Assembly (NCBI GenBank): GCA_965262725.1
Contig: OZ253555.1
Span: 1,408,001-1,472,000, forward strand
Direction: 5' to 3'
Length of the DNA stretch: 64,000 bases
Origin: Dehalococcoidia bacterium
Lineage (GTDB): Bacteria; Chloroflexota; Dehalococcoidia; UBA2979
Part shown: one piece after another, positions 1 through 9,605 of the stretch
Numbering within the stretch: the stretch's first letter is position 1
How the letters are laid out: the number at the start of each line of letters is the position of its first letter
The notes under the pieces: model-generated
What the model was told of the DNA's origin: nothing
The model's input: the letters and a program-made list of their open reading frames with translations, nothing else
Database searches by the model: none
Program-made: the position numbers and the translations under genes

Positions 1-675
1 CGGCTCTCCGAGCGGAACCGGTCGCTCCACGACGACCTGGAAGTCCGATCCCATCGCCAGCGGGATCACACCGGGCCCCGGCGGGAACTCGACCTGGACG
101 TCGTGCGCGTGCAGCAGCAGCGAGAGCGGCGGCGCGATCGGTCCGCCCCACCGCGTCGGGTCCCGGAACCATGGGGTCTCGTCGCCTGCGGCGTCGCAGA
201 GCTCGGCCACATCCGCCGCCGTCACCGTGCGTCGCACCTCGGCGACCGGGGCGCCGAGGCGCACGCCCGGCAGGACCCCCTCGGCGCCGCGCGAGCCGTC
301 CTGGCTCGCGTCCCACGGATCCCGCGCTCCGAGACCGGCGCGGCCGACGCACGCGAGCCGACCGTCGCGCGTCTCCAGCACGAGGGCGAGATCGCCGTCG
401 CTGTCGCGCATCGCCCTCTCGCGCACCTCCTCGTCGTCGTAGACGGGGGAGACGATCTTGAGGTCGATCCAGCCGCCCTCGAACCAGCTCTCGCCGAGTG
501 TGGCGACGACCGCGGGCACCACCGCCTGCGCGACGTTCTGCCCGAGCACGGGTCCGGCGCGGAAGCCGACGCCCTGCGCGACGTCGTCGCTGTGTATGCC
601 CGGCTCGTCGGCGGCGAGATTCGGCAGGATCCGCCACCGTCCGTCGTGGAGCGTCTCGCCGGTCGCGAACGGCAT
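1..675 (-). CDS. MaoC-like/double hot-dog fold dehydratase-type protein (runs off the window edge)
   Basis: Manual translation from ATG at 675: MPFATGETLHDGRWRILPNLAADEPGIHSDDVAQGVGFRAGPVLG...ETPWFRDPTRWGGPIAPP. IH.DD.A...GF and WGGPIAPP are hot-dog motifs. Starts just after the acyl-CoA dehydrogenase stop. Not in the ORF track because it is open at the edge. Confidence 0.6.
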   Translation of the reverse strand, partial: MPFATGETLHDGRWRILPNLAADEPGIHSDDVAQGVGFRAGPVLGQNVAQAVVPAVVATLGESWFEGGWIDLKIVSPVYDDEEVRERAMRDSDGDLALVLETRDGRLACVGRAGLGARDPWDASQDGSRGAEGVLPGVRLGAPVAEVRRTVTAADVAELCDAAGDETPWFRDPTRWGGPIAPPLSLLLHAHDVQVEFPPGPGVIPLAMGSDFQVVVERPVPLGEP

Positions 676-678
676 CGC

Positions 679-1899
679 CTAGCCCCGCGGCAGACCGAGA
701 CCGCGCGTGGCGATGATGTTGCGCTGGATCTCCGGCGTCCCTCCTCCCACGAGGGCCGCCCAGCGCACGTAGCTCCGTGCGAACTGCGCCTCCAGAGGAG
801 CATGCGGCTCGTCCGTGTCCCAGATCGTCGAGTAGAGACCGAAGAGGGCGGTGCCGGTGCGCGCCAGCCGCTGGCCGCTCTCCCCCCCGAAGATGTGCGA
901 CGCTGACGCCTCGTAGTTCGGGATCTGGCCCGATTGCTGCATCGTAATGATGCGCAGGGAGAAGTTCGCCATCACGTTCGCCTCGATGTGGCGGTCGGCG
1001 ATCTGCTGGCGCAGCGAGTCGAGGCGCTCGATGCGGGAGCGGTCCCGTCCCTCAGGGGTGACGATGTAGCCGAGCAGCCCCTTGATGGCGCGCTCCATCG
1101 CGACCGCGCCCGCGATGTTCGAGCGCTCGTTGTCGAGCAGCGTCATCGCGACGTACCACCCGCGGTTCTCCTCGCCGACGCGCTCCGAGACCGGGACGCG
1201 GACGTCCTCGAAGAAGTCCTCGTTGATCTCGTGGCCGTCGGTCATGTCGATGATCGGGCGGATCTCGACACCCGGGGACCGGAGGTCGAGCAGCAGGAAG
1301 GAGATGCCGCGGTGCTTCGGAGCGTCGGGATCGGTGCGCGAAAGCAGCACCATCCAGTCGGCGTAGTGGGCGTGCGTCGTCCAGATCTTCTGGCCGTTGA
1401 CGATGTACTCGTCGCCGTCGCGAACGGCGCGCGTGCGCAGCGAGGCGAGATCGGATCCCGCCCCGGGCTCCGAGAAGCCCTGGCACCAGACGACGTCGCC
1501 GCGGAGGATCGGCGTCAGGTGGCGCGCCTTTTGCTCCTCGGTGCCGTGCAGGATCAGCGCCGGCCCGAGCATGCTGATGCCGACGTTGCTTCCCACTCCC
1601 GGCGCGTTGGCGCCGGCGAGCTCGGCGCTGAGAATGAACTGCTCCATCCAGCTCAGCCCGCCGCCGCCGTATTCACGGGGCCAGTGGGGCGCCACCCAGC
1701 CCTTCTCGGCGAACGCTCCGAACCACTCGTCCGCGGCCGAGCGTGCCTCCTCGTTCTCCTCCAGCCGATCACGGGCCCACTGCGTGTAGGCCGTGTACTC
1801 GTGCTCGGCCATCCTGCGGTAGCGCTCGGGCATGCGCGCGATGAGTTCACGCACCTCCTCGCGGAAACCCGCCTGCTCGGTCGTGTCCGTCCAGTCCAT
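679..1899 (-). CDS. Acyl-CoA dehydrogenase family protein
   Basis: WCQGFSEPGAGSDLASL, NGQKIWTT, GGTPEIQRNIIA motifs. Start moved to MDWTDT (ATG 1899). Confidence 0.93.
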   Translation of the reverse strand: MDWTDTTEQAGFREEVRELIARMPERYRRMAEHEYTAYTQWARDRLEENEEARSAADEWFGAFAEKGWVAPHWPREYGGGGLSWMEQFILSAELAGANAPGVGSNVGISMLGPALILHGTEEQKARHLTPILRGDVVWCQGFSEPGAGSDLASLRTRAVRDGDEYIVNGQKIWTTHAHYADWMVLLSRTDPDAPKHRGISFLLLDLRSPGVEIRPIIDMTDGHEINEDFFEDVRVPVSERVGEENRGWYVAMTLLDNERSNIAGAVAMERAIKGLLGYIVTPEGRDRSRIERLDSLRQQIADRHIEANVMANFSLRIITMQQSGQIPNYEASASHIFGGESGQRLARTGTALFGLYSTIWDTDEPHAPLEAQFARSYVRWAALVGGGTPEIQRNIIATRGLGLPRG

Positions 1900-1975
1900 G
1901 GTCGTACTCCATCGTGCGCGACCCCCGGTGCGGATGCGCGCCGGGCGGACGCCCACAGCATGCGTGATAGTAGCG

Positions 1976-3370
1976 ATGCCGCCCGTTCGTTTCATCCGGC
2001 GGGCCAAAGGCGGCCGCGGAGGGTCCCAACGACCGGGGGAGCCGGCGCGGGTACGCTACCGGCCCCAGGGGACACGGGACGGGAGAGCCGGCATCCCGAC
2101 GCGACTCGCCGAACGCGCGATCCGCCTGCCGTTCTTCTACGGATGGGTCATCGTCGCGGTCGGTTTCCTGGTCGCCTTCAGCTCCGGGCCCGGGCAGTCG
2201 TACGTCTTCTCGGTCTTCCTCGACTCCATCATCGAGGACACAGGGCTCTCGCGAACGACCATCTCCCTCCTCTACGCCGTCGGGACGGGCGTGAGCGCGC
2301 TGATGGTCGCCTTCGTGAGCCGCATGGCGGATCACGTTGGCCCCAGGCTGGTGGCGATCGCCGTCGCCGTCGCGCTCGGGGTGGCGTGCTTCGGGATGGC
2401 GTTCGCCCGTGGTTTCGCGGCCTTCTTCCTCGCGTTCGCCGCGCTGCGTGCTCTCGGGCAGGGCTCGACCCCCATCAACGCGACGCTGATGACGGCGCAG
2501 TGGTTCGTGATCCGGCGCGGCCGTGCGATGGCGATGATGGGTCTCGGACTCGCAGCCTCGCTCGCTCTCCTGCCCCCCATCTCGCGGGCGTTGATCGATG
2601 CCGCAGGCTGGCGCGAGGCCTACATCGTCCTCGGTGTGATGGTGTGGATGCTCGTCATTCCCGCGGCCCTTCTCTTCGCGCGCGACACGCCGGAGGAGAT
2701 GGGATTGCATCCGGACGGAGCGGGCCACCCGCCGCTGCGGGAGGCGGTCACCCTTCCCGGGGGGGCGGCCGCCGAGCGCCGCGTGTTCTCGTCGCTGACG
2801 TTCTGGCTGCTGGCGCTCCCGCTGACGACGTCGCCCTTCGTCGTGACGGCGCTCGTCTTCCACCAGACCGGGATCTTCGAGGAGCGCGGGCTCGGAGCGT
2901 CGGTCGCCGCCGCGGTCTTCGTGCCCTTCGCGATCGCGACGGGTGTGTCGTCCACGCTCGCGGGGTTCGCCGTCGATCGCATCGGGCCGATCCCGCTCTT
3001 CGTGCTCTCGATGCTCCTCCTTGCCGCCGCGCTCGGCGCCTCCCGGCTGATCGACGAGACCGCCGACGCCGTGCTCTACGCTGGCGTGCTCGGCACCGGT
3101 AGTGGAGTGCAGCGGATCGTGCAGAGCGTGCTGTGGGCGCACTACTACGGTCGGCGGGGACTGGGGCGCGTGCAGGGGTCGGCGACCTCGATCATGATCC
3201 TGATGTCGGCCCTCGGGCCGTTGCCGCTCGCGATGATCGAGGGGGCGACCGGCTCCTACGGCCCCGGGATCGCGGCCATGGCCGCGCTGCCCGCGCTCGC
3301 GATAGCCGGCATCCTGCTCGCGTGGCTCCGGACGTCGGGCCTCGACAGCGGCGGGGCGCACGCCGGGTAG
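1976..3370 (+). CDS. MFS transporter
   Basis: FFYGWVIV, ~12 hydrophobic segments, WFVIRRGRAM. Start uncertain (1976 or later). Confidence 0.85.
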   Translation: MPPVRFIRRAKGGRGGSQRPGEPARVRYRPQGTRDGRAGIPTRLAERAIRLPFFYGWVIVAVGFLVAFSSGPGQSYVFSVFLDSIIEDTGLSRTTISLLYAVGTGVSALMVAFVSRMADHVGPRLVAIAVAVALGVACFGMAFARGFAAFFLAFAALRALGQGSTPINATLMTAQWFVIRRGRAMAMMGLGLAASLALLPPISRALIDAAGWREAYIVLGVMVWMLVIPAALLFARDTPEEMGLHPDGAGHPPLREAVTLPGGAAAERRVFSSLTFWLLALPLTTSPFVVTALVFHQTGIFEERGLGASVAAAVFVPFAIATGVSSTLAGFAVDRIGPIPLFVLSMLLLAAALGASRLIDETADAVLYAGVLGTGSGVQRIVQSVLWAHYYGRRGLGRVQGSATSIMILMSALGPLPLAMIEGATGSYGPGIAAMAALPALAIAGILLAWLRTSGLDSGGAHAG

Positions 3371-3416
3371 GCGCGACGGGGAGCCGGGTTCCGGGCGCGC
3401 TGCTCATGCGAGAGCG

Positions 3417-4757
3417 TCAGAGCCGGGAAGGCGTCGCGGCGGTCTCCTCCCCCTCCGCGCGCTCGGGGCGTGCGGGGTTGCGGGCGAAGAAGACGAGCGC
3501 GGCGCTCGCGAGCACGAGCCCGGAGAACACCACGAATGCCCCGTCGTAGCTCCCGAACCGGTCGTAGTAGGCGGCAACCAGCACGGGGCCCGACGCCCCG
3601 AGCACGAGGGCGACCGGCATCGCCGAGCTACGGACGGCCCCAAGATGGCGGCGCCCGAAGAACGTGGCCCACATGATCTCCTGGACGGGGACGTAGCCGG
3701 CCATCCCCGATCCCATGGCGAAGAAGCCGAGGGCCACGATCGCGAGGCTCTGCGCGCGGGCGCCGAGGACGATCACCAGCACACCCGCCCCAAGGGTCAC
3801 GAAGGCGGCACAGGCGAGCCGCCGGGGATCGATGTGCTCGGCCGCCACCCCCCAGAAGGGGCGCGAGACGAGTCCCGGGATGGTGAGCACGGCCAGCATC
3901 GCCGCCGCGGTCCCCCGCGAGAAGCCGGCGTCGGTCAGAAGCGGAATCGCCTGCGTGACGAGGGCGAGCAGGGTGAGTCCGACCGTCCCGAACGCGACGA
4001 CGAGAAGCCACAGGGCACTCGTGCGCAGGGCCTCTCCGCGTGTGAGCGATGTCGCGTAGTCCAGGCGCTCGCGCTCGGCGTCGAGCGCTCCGCGTGCCGA
4101 ATCCGCCGACCGGCCATCCGGCCTGAGGCCGTAGTCCTCGGGCTGGCGGCGCATCACGAGGGCCGTCGGGAGGATCAGGATCGCGGCGACCGCCGCCAGG
4201 ACGCGCCAGCCGGCGGCCCACCCGTACGCGTCGACGATCGGGGTCAGGGCGTTCGGGACGACGATGCCCGCCAGTGAGAAGCCGACGGCTGCGATGCCGA
4301 TCACGCGGCCCCGGTAGCGGACGAACCACTTCGAGAGCGCCACGTTCACGACCAGCGAGCTCGCCATCCCCAGCCCGATGGGCTGGATCAGGCCCCGCAG
4401 CAGCACCCACTGCCACAGCTCCGTCACCTCCGCCGTCAGGGCGAGCCCAACCACGGTGATGGAGGTGCCGGCGAGCATCAGGCCCCGGCCGCCGTGACGG
4501 TCCAGGTAGCTGCCGATGGCAAGGGCGGTCGCCGCGGTGACGAACTGCCCCGTCGTGAAGGAGATGATGAACTCGGCTCGCGACCACCCCAGCTCCGCTG
4601 TCATCGGCTCGAGAAAGACGCCGGGGAGGTAGCCGACGAGCCCGGCGCCCATGACGAGGTTGGTGATCATCGCCGCTGCGACCATGTACCAGCCGAAGTA
4701 GATGCCGGATCGCCGATGGCGCGACGGCGCAGCGGCGCGGGCCTCGGTCTCGCTCAC
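3417..4757 (-). CDS. MFS transporter
   Basis: IYFGWYMV, LDRHGGR motif A, KWFVRYRGR. GTG start at 4757 inferred. Confidence 0.87.
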   Translation of the reverse strand: MSETEARAAAPSRHRRSGIYFGWYMVAAAMITNLVMGAGLVGYLPGVFLEPMTAELGWSRAEFIISFTTGQFVTAATALAIGSYLDRHGGRGLMLAGTSITVVGLALTAEVTELWQWVLLRGLIQPIGLGMASSLVVNVALSKWFVRYRGRVIGIAAVGFSLAGIVVPNALTPIVDAYGWAAGWRVLAAVAAILILPTALVMRRQPEDYGLRPDGRSADSARGALDAERERLDYATSLTRGEALRTSALWLLVVAFGTVGLTLLALVTQAIPLLTDAGFSRGTAAAMLAVLTIPGLVSRPFWGVAAEHIDPRRLACAAFVTLGAGVLVIVLGARAQSLAIVALGFFAMGSGMAGYVPVQEIMWATFFGRRHLGAVRSSAMPVALVLGASGPVLVAAYYDRFGSYDGAFVVFSGLVLASAALVFFARNPARPERAEGEETAATPSRL

Positions 4758-4860
4758 GCGAATCCCCCGATCCCAGCGCAGCCCAGCGCCCGCCGGGAAC
4801 ACCCTACCGCTACGCGCGCTCCGATCGGCTGCCGCAACGCTACCGACGTGAGGCCGCTGC

Positions 4861-6144
4861 CTAGCGCCGTGTGCCGACTCGCGTGGCCTCGGTGCCGGGA
4901 GCGCGTTCCCCGTCCGGGGGGATCACGAAGTGCCTTCGGAGTTCCGGCCACGCCAGCACCACGAGCGAGAGCGCCACGAGCCCTTCGATGGACATCAGCG
5001 TGGTCGCGATCGGCGCCCCCAGCCATTCGGCCGTGAACCCGACGCTCAGCGCTCCGATCGGGTTCCCGCCAAGCGCCATCGAGGCGGTGCCGATCACGCG
5101 ACCGCGAATCTCGGGCGGGGCGCTGGCGACGAAGAGCGTCGTCTGCATCGACGTGTAGGACGCCATACCGAAGCCGGCCATCCACAGCAGGAAGAGGGAG
5201 AGGATGAAGACCTCGGAGCGGGAGAAGAGCATCACCATCGCCATGAAGAGCGCGATGCCGCCGATGTAGAGGAAGGTGTAGATGCGCGTGGGTGCGAGAC
5301 TCGCGATGAGCGTCGCGCCGATCAGGGCGCCCAGCCCCTCCGAGGATTGCAGCAGCCCCACGCCGACCGCGCTCAGTCCCAGCGTCTCTTTACCGATCAC
5401 GGGCAGCATCGTGAGGTAGGGGAAGCCGAAGATGTTCATCAGGAGGCTGGCGAGAATCGCGCCGCTCAGCAGCCGCCGTCGGCTGATGTAGCGCACGCCG
5501 TCCATGAGGTCGGCGAGGGGGGCCTGCGGGTGGCCGCTCCGGGCCGGCGGGCTGTACGAGAGCGTCGCGAGCACGCCGAGCGCGATCAGGAAGATCACGG
5601 CCTCCGTGAAGAAGGCAGCCTCGGCGCCGATCGTGGCGAGCAGTATGCCGCCGGTGAGGGGGCCGAAGACGCGCGTGAGGGAACTCGTGCCGATGTCAAG
5701 CGCCATCGCGCGACCGATCAGCTCGCGCGGCACGACGTCGCCCAGCATCGCGCGCCGAACGGGGAACTCCACGGCCCACAGCGTGCCGGCGACGAACGAC
5801 GCTCCGAGCAGGTGCCAGTACTCGATGCGCTCGGTGACCACCAGCACGCCGAGCAGGGCCGCGATGATCGTGAGCAGGCCGAAGCACGCCATGAGCATCC
5901 GTCGCCTGTCGACGCGGTCGGCGAGGGTGCCGATCGCCAGCGAGAAGAGAATCCGGGGGACCTGGCGGGTGAAGAAGAGCAGCGCGACCATGAACGCCGA
6001 TCCGGTGAGATCGAAGACGTAGACCCCGAGCACGAGCGTGTCGAGCCAGCGCATCGCCGAGGTGAGCGCACCGGTCAGCCACAGCCGACGGAACCTCTGG
6101 TCAGCGAGGACCAGGCGGATGGGCGCACGGGAAGCTGATTGCAC
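4861..6144 (-). CDS. MFS transporter (MFS_3/EntS-like)
   Basis: FRRLW, GTLADRVDRRR motif A, EIRGRV. Confidence 0.88.
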   Translation of the reverse strand: MQSASRAPIRLVLADQRFRRLWLTGALTSAMRWLDTLVLGVYVFDLTGSAFMVALLFFTRQVPRILFSLAIGTLADRVDRRRMLMACFGLLTIIAALLGVLVVTERIEYWHLLGASFVAGTLWAVEFPVRRAMLGDVVPRELIGRAMALDIGTSSLTRVFGPLTGGILLATIGAEAAFFTEAVIFLIALGVLATLSYSPPARSGHPQAPLADLMDGVRYISRRRLLSGAILASLLMNIFGFPYLTMLPVIGKETLGLSAVGVGLLQSSEGLGALIGATLIASLAPTRIYTFLYIGGIALFMAMVMLFSRSEVFILSLFLLWMAGFGMASYTSMQTTLFVASAPPEIRGRVIGTASMALGGNPIGALSVGFTAEWLGAPIATTLMSIEGLVALSLVVLAWPELRRHFVIPPDGERAPGTEATRVGTRR

Positions 6145-6242
6145 GCGCGGAGTCTAGCAACGCGATCGTCGTCGGGCGTGGGACCCGCGCGACGACGTCG
6201 TCCGGGCGATACGCTCTATCCTGTGCCCGCGCGAGGGAAGAG

Positions 6243-7247
6243 GTGCAGGTGCGCGTCGGGCTTCGTGCCGAGATTCGGCGCGATCTGGGGGACGACTGGC
6301 ACACCGCCCTCGAGAAGGTGCGTGTGGCCGAGGACCTCGGGTTCGAGCTGGCAGCGGCGCGCGCGGGGCACGCCGCGATCCCGTGGGCGGCGGTCCTCGC
6401 GACGAACACGAGCCGGGTCACGATCGCGACCGCCCTCGTCGATTGCTGGGGGACGTCGCCCGCCACCTACGCCGAGCAGTTCGCCCTGCTCGATCATCTC
6501 TCTGAGGGCCGCATGCTGCTCGGCCTCGGCTCGACCAGTCCGAACGTTGCCGAGCACCTGCACGGCACGCCGTACCGGCGAGCCCTGACACGGCTCCGCG
6601 AGTACGTCGAGATCTTCCGTCTGCTGCTCCGCGGCGACCGCCTCCGCTACCAGGGCGAGATCTTCGAGATGAGCCGCGGCTTCCAGCTCTCGGTTCCCGC
6701 GCTCCGGAGCGAGATCCCGATCTTCATCGGCGCGATTCGCCCGGCGTCCATCCGGCAGACGGGGGAGATCGCGGACGGCATCTTCGCGATCCACTGGCCG
6801 AAGGAGCGGCTGACCGCGCTGCGGGAGATGCTCGCGGCCGGCGCCCGGCAGGCGGGGCGCGATCCGGCGGAAGTGACGATCGCGCCGAACGCGAACGTCT
6901 TCGTGCTCGACGGTCGGAACGACGAGCAGCAGTGGCTCGCCGCGCGGCGGCCGATCGAGCACTACACGAACCGCATGGGCGACTTCTACTGGCGCACATT
7001 CGTCGAGCACGGCTTCGAGGCCGAGGTGACGGCGTCGCGGCGCGCCTGGGCGGAGCGAGATCGACAGGGGGCGCTCATGGCGATCTCGGAGCGCATGGTG
7101 CGCTCGATCCAGGTGATCGGCCCGCTGGAGGAGGTGCGGGAGCAGCTGCACGAGCGCGCGGCGCTCGGGGCCGAACTCCAGATGCTCTACGTCCCCCCCG
7201 GCACGGCCCCGGAGGCCGGCCGGTTCTGGGAGACGCTGCTTCGATAG
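6243..7247 (+). CDS. LLM-class flavin/F420-dependent oxidoreductase
   Basis: AEDLGF, LDHLSEGRMLLGLG, GEIADG luciferase-like motifs. Confidence 0.88.
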   Translation: MQVRVGLRAEIRRDLGDDWHTALEKVRVAEDLGFELAAARAGHAAIPWAAVLATNTSRVTIATALVDCWGTSPATYAEQFALLDHLSEGRMLLGLGSTSPNVAEHLHGTPYRRALTRLREYVEIFRLLLRGDRLRYQGEIFEMSRGFQLSVPALRSEIPIFIGAIRPASIRQTGEIADGIFAIHWPKERLTALREMLAAGARQAGRDPAEVTIAPNANVFVLDGRNDEQQWLAARRPIEHYTNRMGDFYWRTFVEHGFEAEVTASRRAWAERDRQGALMAISERMVRSIQVIGPLEEVREQLHERAALGAELQMLYVPPGTAPEAGRFWETLLR

Positions 7248-7368
7248 TCGGCTCCCCGCGAGCGTGCGGATGACGGGAGCCTCTCGGGTGTTCGCCACGA
7301 GCCGACGCCGGGCGGCTGTGCGAGAATCACCGCCGGTCGCACCGCGGTGCCGTGGGAAGCAGGGCGGA

Positions 7369-8385
7369 ATGCGGTTCGGGATCTTTGGGGGACCGGCGGA
7401 GGAGGGGGCCGAGCCCCCGGGCGCGAGCTACCGACGGTTCATCGACCTCGCCCTGGCGGCTGAGGATCTGGGCTACGACGGCGTCTACGTCGTGGAGCAT
7501 CACTTCGGCAGGCGGGGCCAGCTATCGGCCTCGCTCACGTTCCTGAGTCACCTCGCCGCGCTCACCCGGCGCATTCGCCTCGGTACCGCGGTGGTCGTGC
7601 TCCCGTGGCACAATCCGGTGCTCGTTGCAGAGCAGGCCGCGACGGTCGACGTGCTCTCCGGGGGCCGTCTGGACTTGGGCGTGGGCCGTGGCTACCAGTA
7701 CCCGGAGTTCCGTGGCTTCCAGCTCCCCATCGAGGAGGCGGGTGCTCGCACCGACGAGGCACTGGAGGTGATCCGCAAGGCGTGGAGCTCGGACGGAAGC
7801 ATTTCGCACCACGGTCGGTACTGGCACTTCGAGGACATCTTCATCGAGCCGCGCCCGCTGCAGTCACCGCACCCCCCGCTGTGGCAGGGCGCCGGAAGCC
7901 CCGGCTCTATCCGGCGAGCCGCCCGCGAGGGATACCGGCTCTTTCTCGACCAGATCGGCTCCTTTGATCTGACCGCGGAGCGGGTGGCGATTTATCGGGA
8001 CGAGCAGGCGGCTGCCGGGCTCGCGTCGACCGATGACGACATCGCCGTGACACGCGGCCTGCTCGTCGCGGCGAGCGAGGAGGAACGGGGGACGGCGGTC
8101 GAGCGGGGCGAGCGCACCGTCAGGCGCCTCGCCGAGCTGGCGGCTGCGGGGGCCGACCCGTCGCTCCGCTCGACAAGGCCCTTCTACAGCGACCCGGCGG
8201 CGGCGCGCCAGACGACCGAGGAGAGCGCCATCCTCGGCACGCCCGCGGAGTGCGTCGAGCGCCTGAGGCGCCTCGAGGCGGCAGGCGTCACGCGGGTGCT
8301 CTTCTCGAACCCGCGCCCCGAAGACCTGCGCCTCTTCGCGCGTGAGGTGATGCCGGCATTCAGCCCGGCGCCGGCACCGGTGTGA
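7369..8385 (+). CDS. LLM-class flavin-dependent monooxygenase
   Basis: MRFGIF, EHHF, RLGTAVVVLPWHNPVLVAEQAATVDVLSGGRLDLGVGRG. Confidence 0.92.
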   Translation: MRFGIFGGPAEEGAEPPGASYRRFIDLALAAEDLGYDGVYVVEHHFGRRGQLSASLTFLSHLAALTRRIRLGTAVVVLPWHNPVLVAEQAATVDVLSGGRLDLGVGRGYQYPEFRGFQLPIEEAGARTDEALEVIRKAWSSDGSISHHGRYWHFEDIFIEPRPLQSPHPPLWQGAGSPGSIRRAAREGYRLFLDQIGSFDLTAERVAIYRDEQAAAGLASTDDDIAVTRGLLVAASEEERGTAVERGERTVRRLAELAAAGADPSLRSTRPFYSDPAAARQTTEESAILGTPAECVERLRRLEAAGVTRVLFSNPRPEDLRLFAREVMPAFSPAPAPV

Positions 8386-8425
8386 GGACCCCCTCCACCC
8401 GCGTGGGATGGCGCCCGCTGCGCGC

Positions 8426-9605
8426 CTAGTGTCCTGATTCGTAATAGCGACAGATAACGGGTATGGTGGCACAGCGGGGTTTTGCCCCATGGGGCAGACT
8501 CTGGAGTGTCATGAGCACCCGAATCGGACGGCCGACGGTCGCGATCGTCCTGAGCGACGAGGAGCGTGAGACGCTGGAGCGGTGGGCGCGCCGGCCGACA
8601 TCGGCCCAGGCGCTGGCGCTGCGCTGTCGCATCGTCCTGGCAGCGGCCGAGGGGACATCGAATAAAGCGATCGCCGCGGCGCTCGATTGCCATCCGGTCA
8701 CCGTCGGCAAGTGGCGCCGGCGCTTTGCGCAGGGGCGGCTCGATGGGCTACAGGATGAGCCGCGCCCCGGGGCGCCGCGCACGATCGCCGATGCACAGGT
8801 GGAAGCGGTGATCGTCACGACGCTGGAGGAGCAGCCTCCCAACGCGACGCACTGGTCGACCCGATCGATGGCAGCCGCGGTCGGGATGTCGCAGTCGGCG
8901 ATCTTCAGGATCTGGCGCGCCTTCGGCCTGAAGCCGCACCTCGTGGAGAGCTTCAAGCTGTCGCCCGACCCGCAGTTCATCGACAAGGTGCGCGACGTGG
9001 CCGGGCTCTATCTCAACCCGCCCGACGCGGCGGTTGTGCTGTGCGTGGACGAGAAGACCCAGATCCAGGCACTCGACCGCACCGCGCCGACGGTGCCGAT
9101 GATGCCCGGCGTCCCCGCCCGCCAGACGCACGACTACATCCGTCACGGCACGACGAACCTCTACGCGGCGCTCGATGTCGCCTCGGGATGCGTGATCACG
9201 GAGATGACCCCCCGGCACCGGGCTCGGGAGTTCCAGCAGTTCCTCGCCCTCATCGACCAAAGCGTTCCCCATGAGCTGGCGGTGCATGTCGTGCTCGACA
9301 ACGTCTCCACGCACCGCACGCCCGCCATCCAGCGCTGGCTCCAGCGCCATCCCCGCTTCACCTTCCATTTCACGCCGACCTACAGCTCCTGGATGAACCT
9401 CGTGGAGCGCTGGTTTGCAGAGCTCACCAGCAAGTGGCTCCGGCGCGGCACGCACCATAGCGTCCCTGATCTGATCCGCTCAGTGGAGATGTGGGTCGCC
9501 AGCTGGAACGAGAATCCGAGGCCCTTCATCTGGCACAAGTCCGCGGACCAGATCCTTGACAACCTCGCCGGATATCTAGAGCGCATCCCTGAATCGGGAC
9601 ACTAG
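8426..9605 (+). mobile_element. IS630-family insertion sequence (complete)
   Basis: Ends CTAGTGTCCTGATTC ... GAATCGGGACACTAG are inverted repeats; both ends lie in CTAG. Confidence 0.93.
8511..9605 (+). CDS. IS630-family transposase
   Basis: HTH N-terminus; DDE motifs CVDEK, VLDN, WMNLVERWF. Stop TAG lies in the terminal CTAG. Confidence 0.95.
   Translation: MSTRIGRPTVAIVLSDEERETLERWARRPTSAQALALRCRIVLAAAEGTSNKAIAAALDCHPVTVGKWRRRFAQGRLDGLQDEPRPGAPRTIADAQVEAVIVTTLEEQPPNATHWSTRSMAAAVGMSQSAIFRIWRAFGLKPHLVESFKLSPDPQFIDKVRDVAGLYLNPPDAAVVLCVDEKTQIQALDRTAPTVPMMPGVPARQTHDYIRHGTTNLYAALDVASGCVITEMTPRHRAREFQQFLALIDQSVPHELAVHVVLDNVSTHRTPAIQRWLQRHPRFTFHFTPTYSSWMNLVERWFAELTSKWLRRGTHHSVPDLIRSVEMWVASWNENPRPFIWHKSADQILDNLAGYLERIPESGH

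Noticed and set aside
103-8490. Many long Arg/Pro/Ala-rich ORFs (e.g. 934-3102, 1847-3361, 6216-7298)
   Set aside because: Shadow frames of real genes, expected at this GC content; no recognisable motifs.
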